Shown one piece after another: positions 49,855-51,487 of a DNA stretch of 51,487 nt (its first letter is position 1; every line of letters starts with the position of its first letter). The DNA lies in NCBI GenBank assembly GCA_964493875.1, contig CAZBPT010000001.1, forward strand, positions 53,020-104,506. The letters are read 5' to 3'. Position numbers and translations under genes: made by a program. The notes beneath the pieces are model-generated. The model did no database searches and was not told the DNA's origin. It was given only the letters and a program-made list of their open reading frames with translations. Origin of the DNA: an uncultured Bacteroidales bacterium (GTDB lineage Bacteria; Bacteroidota; Bacteroidia; Bacteroidales; ML635J-15).

Positions 49855-50205
49855 ATGAAAATTAATAAAATTGCTGAATTAATTGACGGACAAATACGGA
49901 CAAATAATGAGAAGACATTCATTAATGATGAGTTCGTAAATGCTTTTTCTTCTGATTTAATGAGCGATGTCTTAAGGATTACTTCCAATGGCACTATATT
50001 AATTACAGGATTATGCAACATCCAAACTATCAGAACTGCTGAAATGGCAGAAATTCATTTAATTATTCTCGCAAGACAAAAAATTGCTGATGAATCCATG
50101 ATATCTTTGGCAGAAGAAAATTCAATAGCAATTATTGAAACCGAATATAGCGTATTTAAAGTAAGCGGACTCCTATATAACGCAGGTATAAGCCCAATTT
50201 ATTAA
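49855..50205 (+). CDS. DRTGG-domain protein
   Basis: 116 aa with SSDLMSDVL...ILITGLCNIQTIRTAEMAEI...IIETEYSVF, the pattern of stand-alone DRTGG proteins. Confidence 0.7.
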   Translation: MKINKIAELIDGQIRTNNEKTFINDEFVNAFSSDLMSDVLRITSNGTILITGLCNIQTIRTAEMAEIHLIILARQKIADESMISLAEENSIAIIETEYSVFKVSGLLYNAGISPIY

Positions 50206-50206
50206 T

Positions 50207-50620
50207 ATGGAATATTTTTGTGACATCGAAAAAGGAGATTTTGTTCGTGCAGGAAAAGCTTCCAGTGATGTAAAAAAAATCCTGAAACAATTAGATATTG
50301 ATCCAAATATTATTAAAAGAATTGTTGTGGCTCTTTTTGAAGCTGAAATAAACGTTGTTGCTCATGCCGAAAAAGGAACTGTTTATGCCAATATTGATAA
50401 AGAAAAAATTAGAATAACCATTAAAGACGAAGGTCCAGGGATTCCTAATGTTGATTTAGCAATGCAAGAAGGGTTCTCAACGGCATCACAAAAAGTACGT
50501 GAAATGGGATTCGGTGCAGGTATGGGATTACCAAATATCAAAAAAAATACTGACGAATTTCACATTAAAACAAAAATAGGAGAAGGTACTACATTAGAAC
50601 TGTTAGTCTTTCTCCAATAA
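50207..50620 (+). CDS. small GHKL ATPase / SpoIIAB-RsbW-like anti-sigma-type serine kinase
   Basis: 137 aa with N-box EAEINVVAHA, G1 box DEGPGI and G2 box GFGAGMGLPN. It starts 1 nt after the DRTGG stop. Confidence 0.75.
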   Translation: MEYFCDIEKGDFVRAGKASSDVKKILKQLDIDPNIIKRIVVALFEAEINVVAHAEKGTVYANIDKEKIRITIKDEGPGIPNVDLAMQEGFSTASQKVREMGFGAGMGLPNIKKNTDEFHIKTKIGEGTTLELLVFLQ

Positions 50621-50642
50621 TAAAACAATAAAAATAATTAAT

Positions 50643-51487
50643 ATGAATTGTTCTGTCATAGCTTCCGTATATAATGAAGAATTAGGAATAGAAATGTTTT
50701 ATAAAGAAACAAGTAAAATTTTAAGTTCTCTTTCTATCAAATATGAACTTATATTTGTTAATGACGGCAGCAAAGATAATAGTCTAAAAATTCTGGAAAA
50801 AATTGCCGAAGAAGATAAAAATATAAAAATAATTTCATTTTCAAGAAACTTCGGACACGAAGCAGCAATGATTGCCGGAATTGACAATTCTACCGGTGAC
50901 GCCATTATTTGCTTAGACAGCGACTTGCAACACCCACCCTCTCTATTCCCTGAAATGCTCAAAAAATATCAGGAAGGATACGAAATTATTAATATGACGA
51001 GGACGTCAAGAAAAGATGCAAACTTTATTTCTAAAATAAATTCCAAACTTTTCTACAAATTTTTAAATTCTATTTCTTCAATAAAAATTGAAGAAAATGC
51101 TTCAGATTTTTTTCTTATTTCAAAAAATGTTGCAAATATCATCAGAACAAATTTCCGAGAAAGAACAAGATTCTTGCGCGGAATTATTCAACTTATAGGA
51201 TTTAACAAAACAACATTAAAATATGAAGCTCCCAAAAGAATTGCTGGTAAAAGCCATTATTCTTTTATAAAATTAGTAAAATTATCTCTCACCGCGATTT
51301 CGTCTTTCTCGAAGTTGCCATTACAACTTGGAATTATTGTAGGACTGATATTTATTGTTTTCTCTATCGTCGTTCTGATTTATTCCATAGTAATGTGGCT
51401 TTTAGGAGATGTCTTTTCAGGATACACAACCATTATTGTATTCTTAAGCCTATTTGGCGGAATACAAATGTTTGTTATCGGAATTAT
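50643..51487 (+). CDS. glycosyltransferase family 2, polyprenyl-phosphate glycosyltransferase type (GtrB/ArnC-like; 3' end beyond the window)
   Basis: Absent from the ORF track because it has no stop in the window. Reads MNCSVIASVYNEE...LIFVNDGSKDNS...NFGHEAAMIAGI...LDSDLQHPP, and the C-terminal TM helices are beginning at the window edge. The frame is open to position 51487. Confidence 0.8.
   Translation, partial: MNCSVIASVYNEELGIEMFYKETSKILSSLSIKYELIFVNDGSKDNSLKILEKIAEEDKNIKIISFSRNFGHEAAMIAGIDNSTGDAIICLDSDLQHPPSLFPEMLKKYQEGYEIINMTRTSRKDANFISKINSKLFYKFLNSISSIKIEENASDFFLISKNVANIIRTNFRERTRFLRGIIQLIGFNKTTLKYEAPKRIAGKSHYSFIKLVKLSLTAISSFSKLPLQLGIIVGLIFIVFSIVVLIYSIVMWLLGDVFSGYTTIIVFLSLFGGIQMFVIGI

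Overview
Strongly AT-rich, tightly packed chromosomal segment that reads as Bacteroidota. TAnnTTTG -7 boxes sit in front of many genes, one protein ends in a T9SS C-terminal sorting domain, several have lipoprotein-type signal peptides, and AlaRS, GlmM and PGK look Bacteroidales-like. I can support about 50 protein genes, most of them housekeeping: alaS, pbpC, ybeY, pruA, nadD, ribBA, ribD, efp, rluB, rnhB, kdsB, pgk, nadK, psd, pth, rplY, ispE, kbl, fadD-like, glmM, eno and nth. They are interspersed with envelope functions: five glycosyltransferases, a TolC/adaptor pair, MATE and EamA exporters, and an N-acyl-amino-acid-lipid-type acyltransferase. Many neighbours overlap by 1-17 nt. I saw no rRNA, tRNA, CRISPR array, transposase, integrase or phage genes, and no recognisable defence or toxin-antitoxin system, so this is not an obvious accessory island. 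Five things the ordinary annotation does not explain: (1) alaS is cleanly split into a catalytic-core ORF and a tRNA-recognition/editing/C-Ala ORF by a 52-nt stop-laden spacer. (2) pgk is a head-to-tail PGK-PGK fusion whose N-terminal copy has lost the Arg of the HLGRP 3-phosphoglycerate motif. (3) The one long intergenic region (441 nt, upstream of the acyl-CoA ligase gene) holds three direct copies of TTGACGAAATT. (4) A translationally coupled DRTGG-domain and SpoIIAB-like GHKL ATPase pair, with no sigma or STAS partner, is embedded between lipid and glycan genes. (5) An identical 17-mer occurs in two convergent-gene spacers. All protein calls rest on motif recognition by eye. No database search or RNA folding was run. 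Coordinates of small motifs may be off by about 1 nt.
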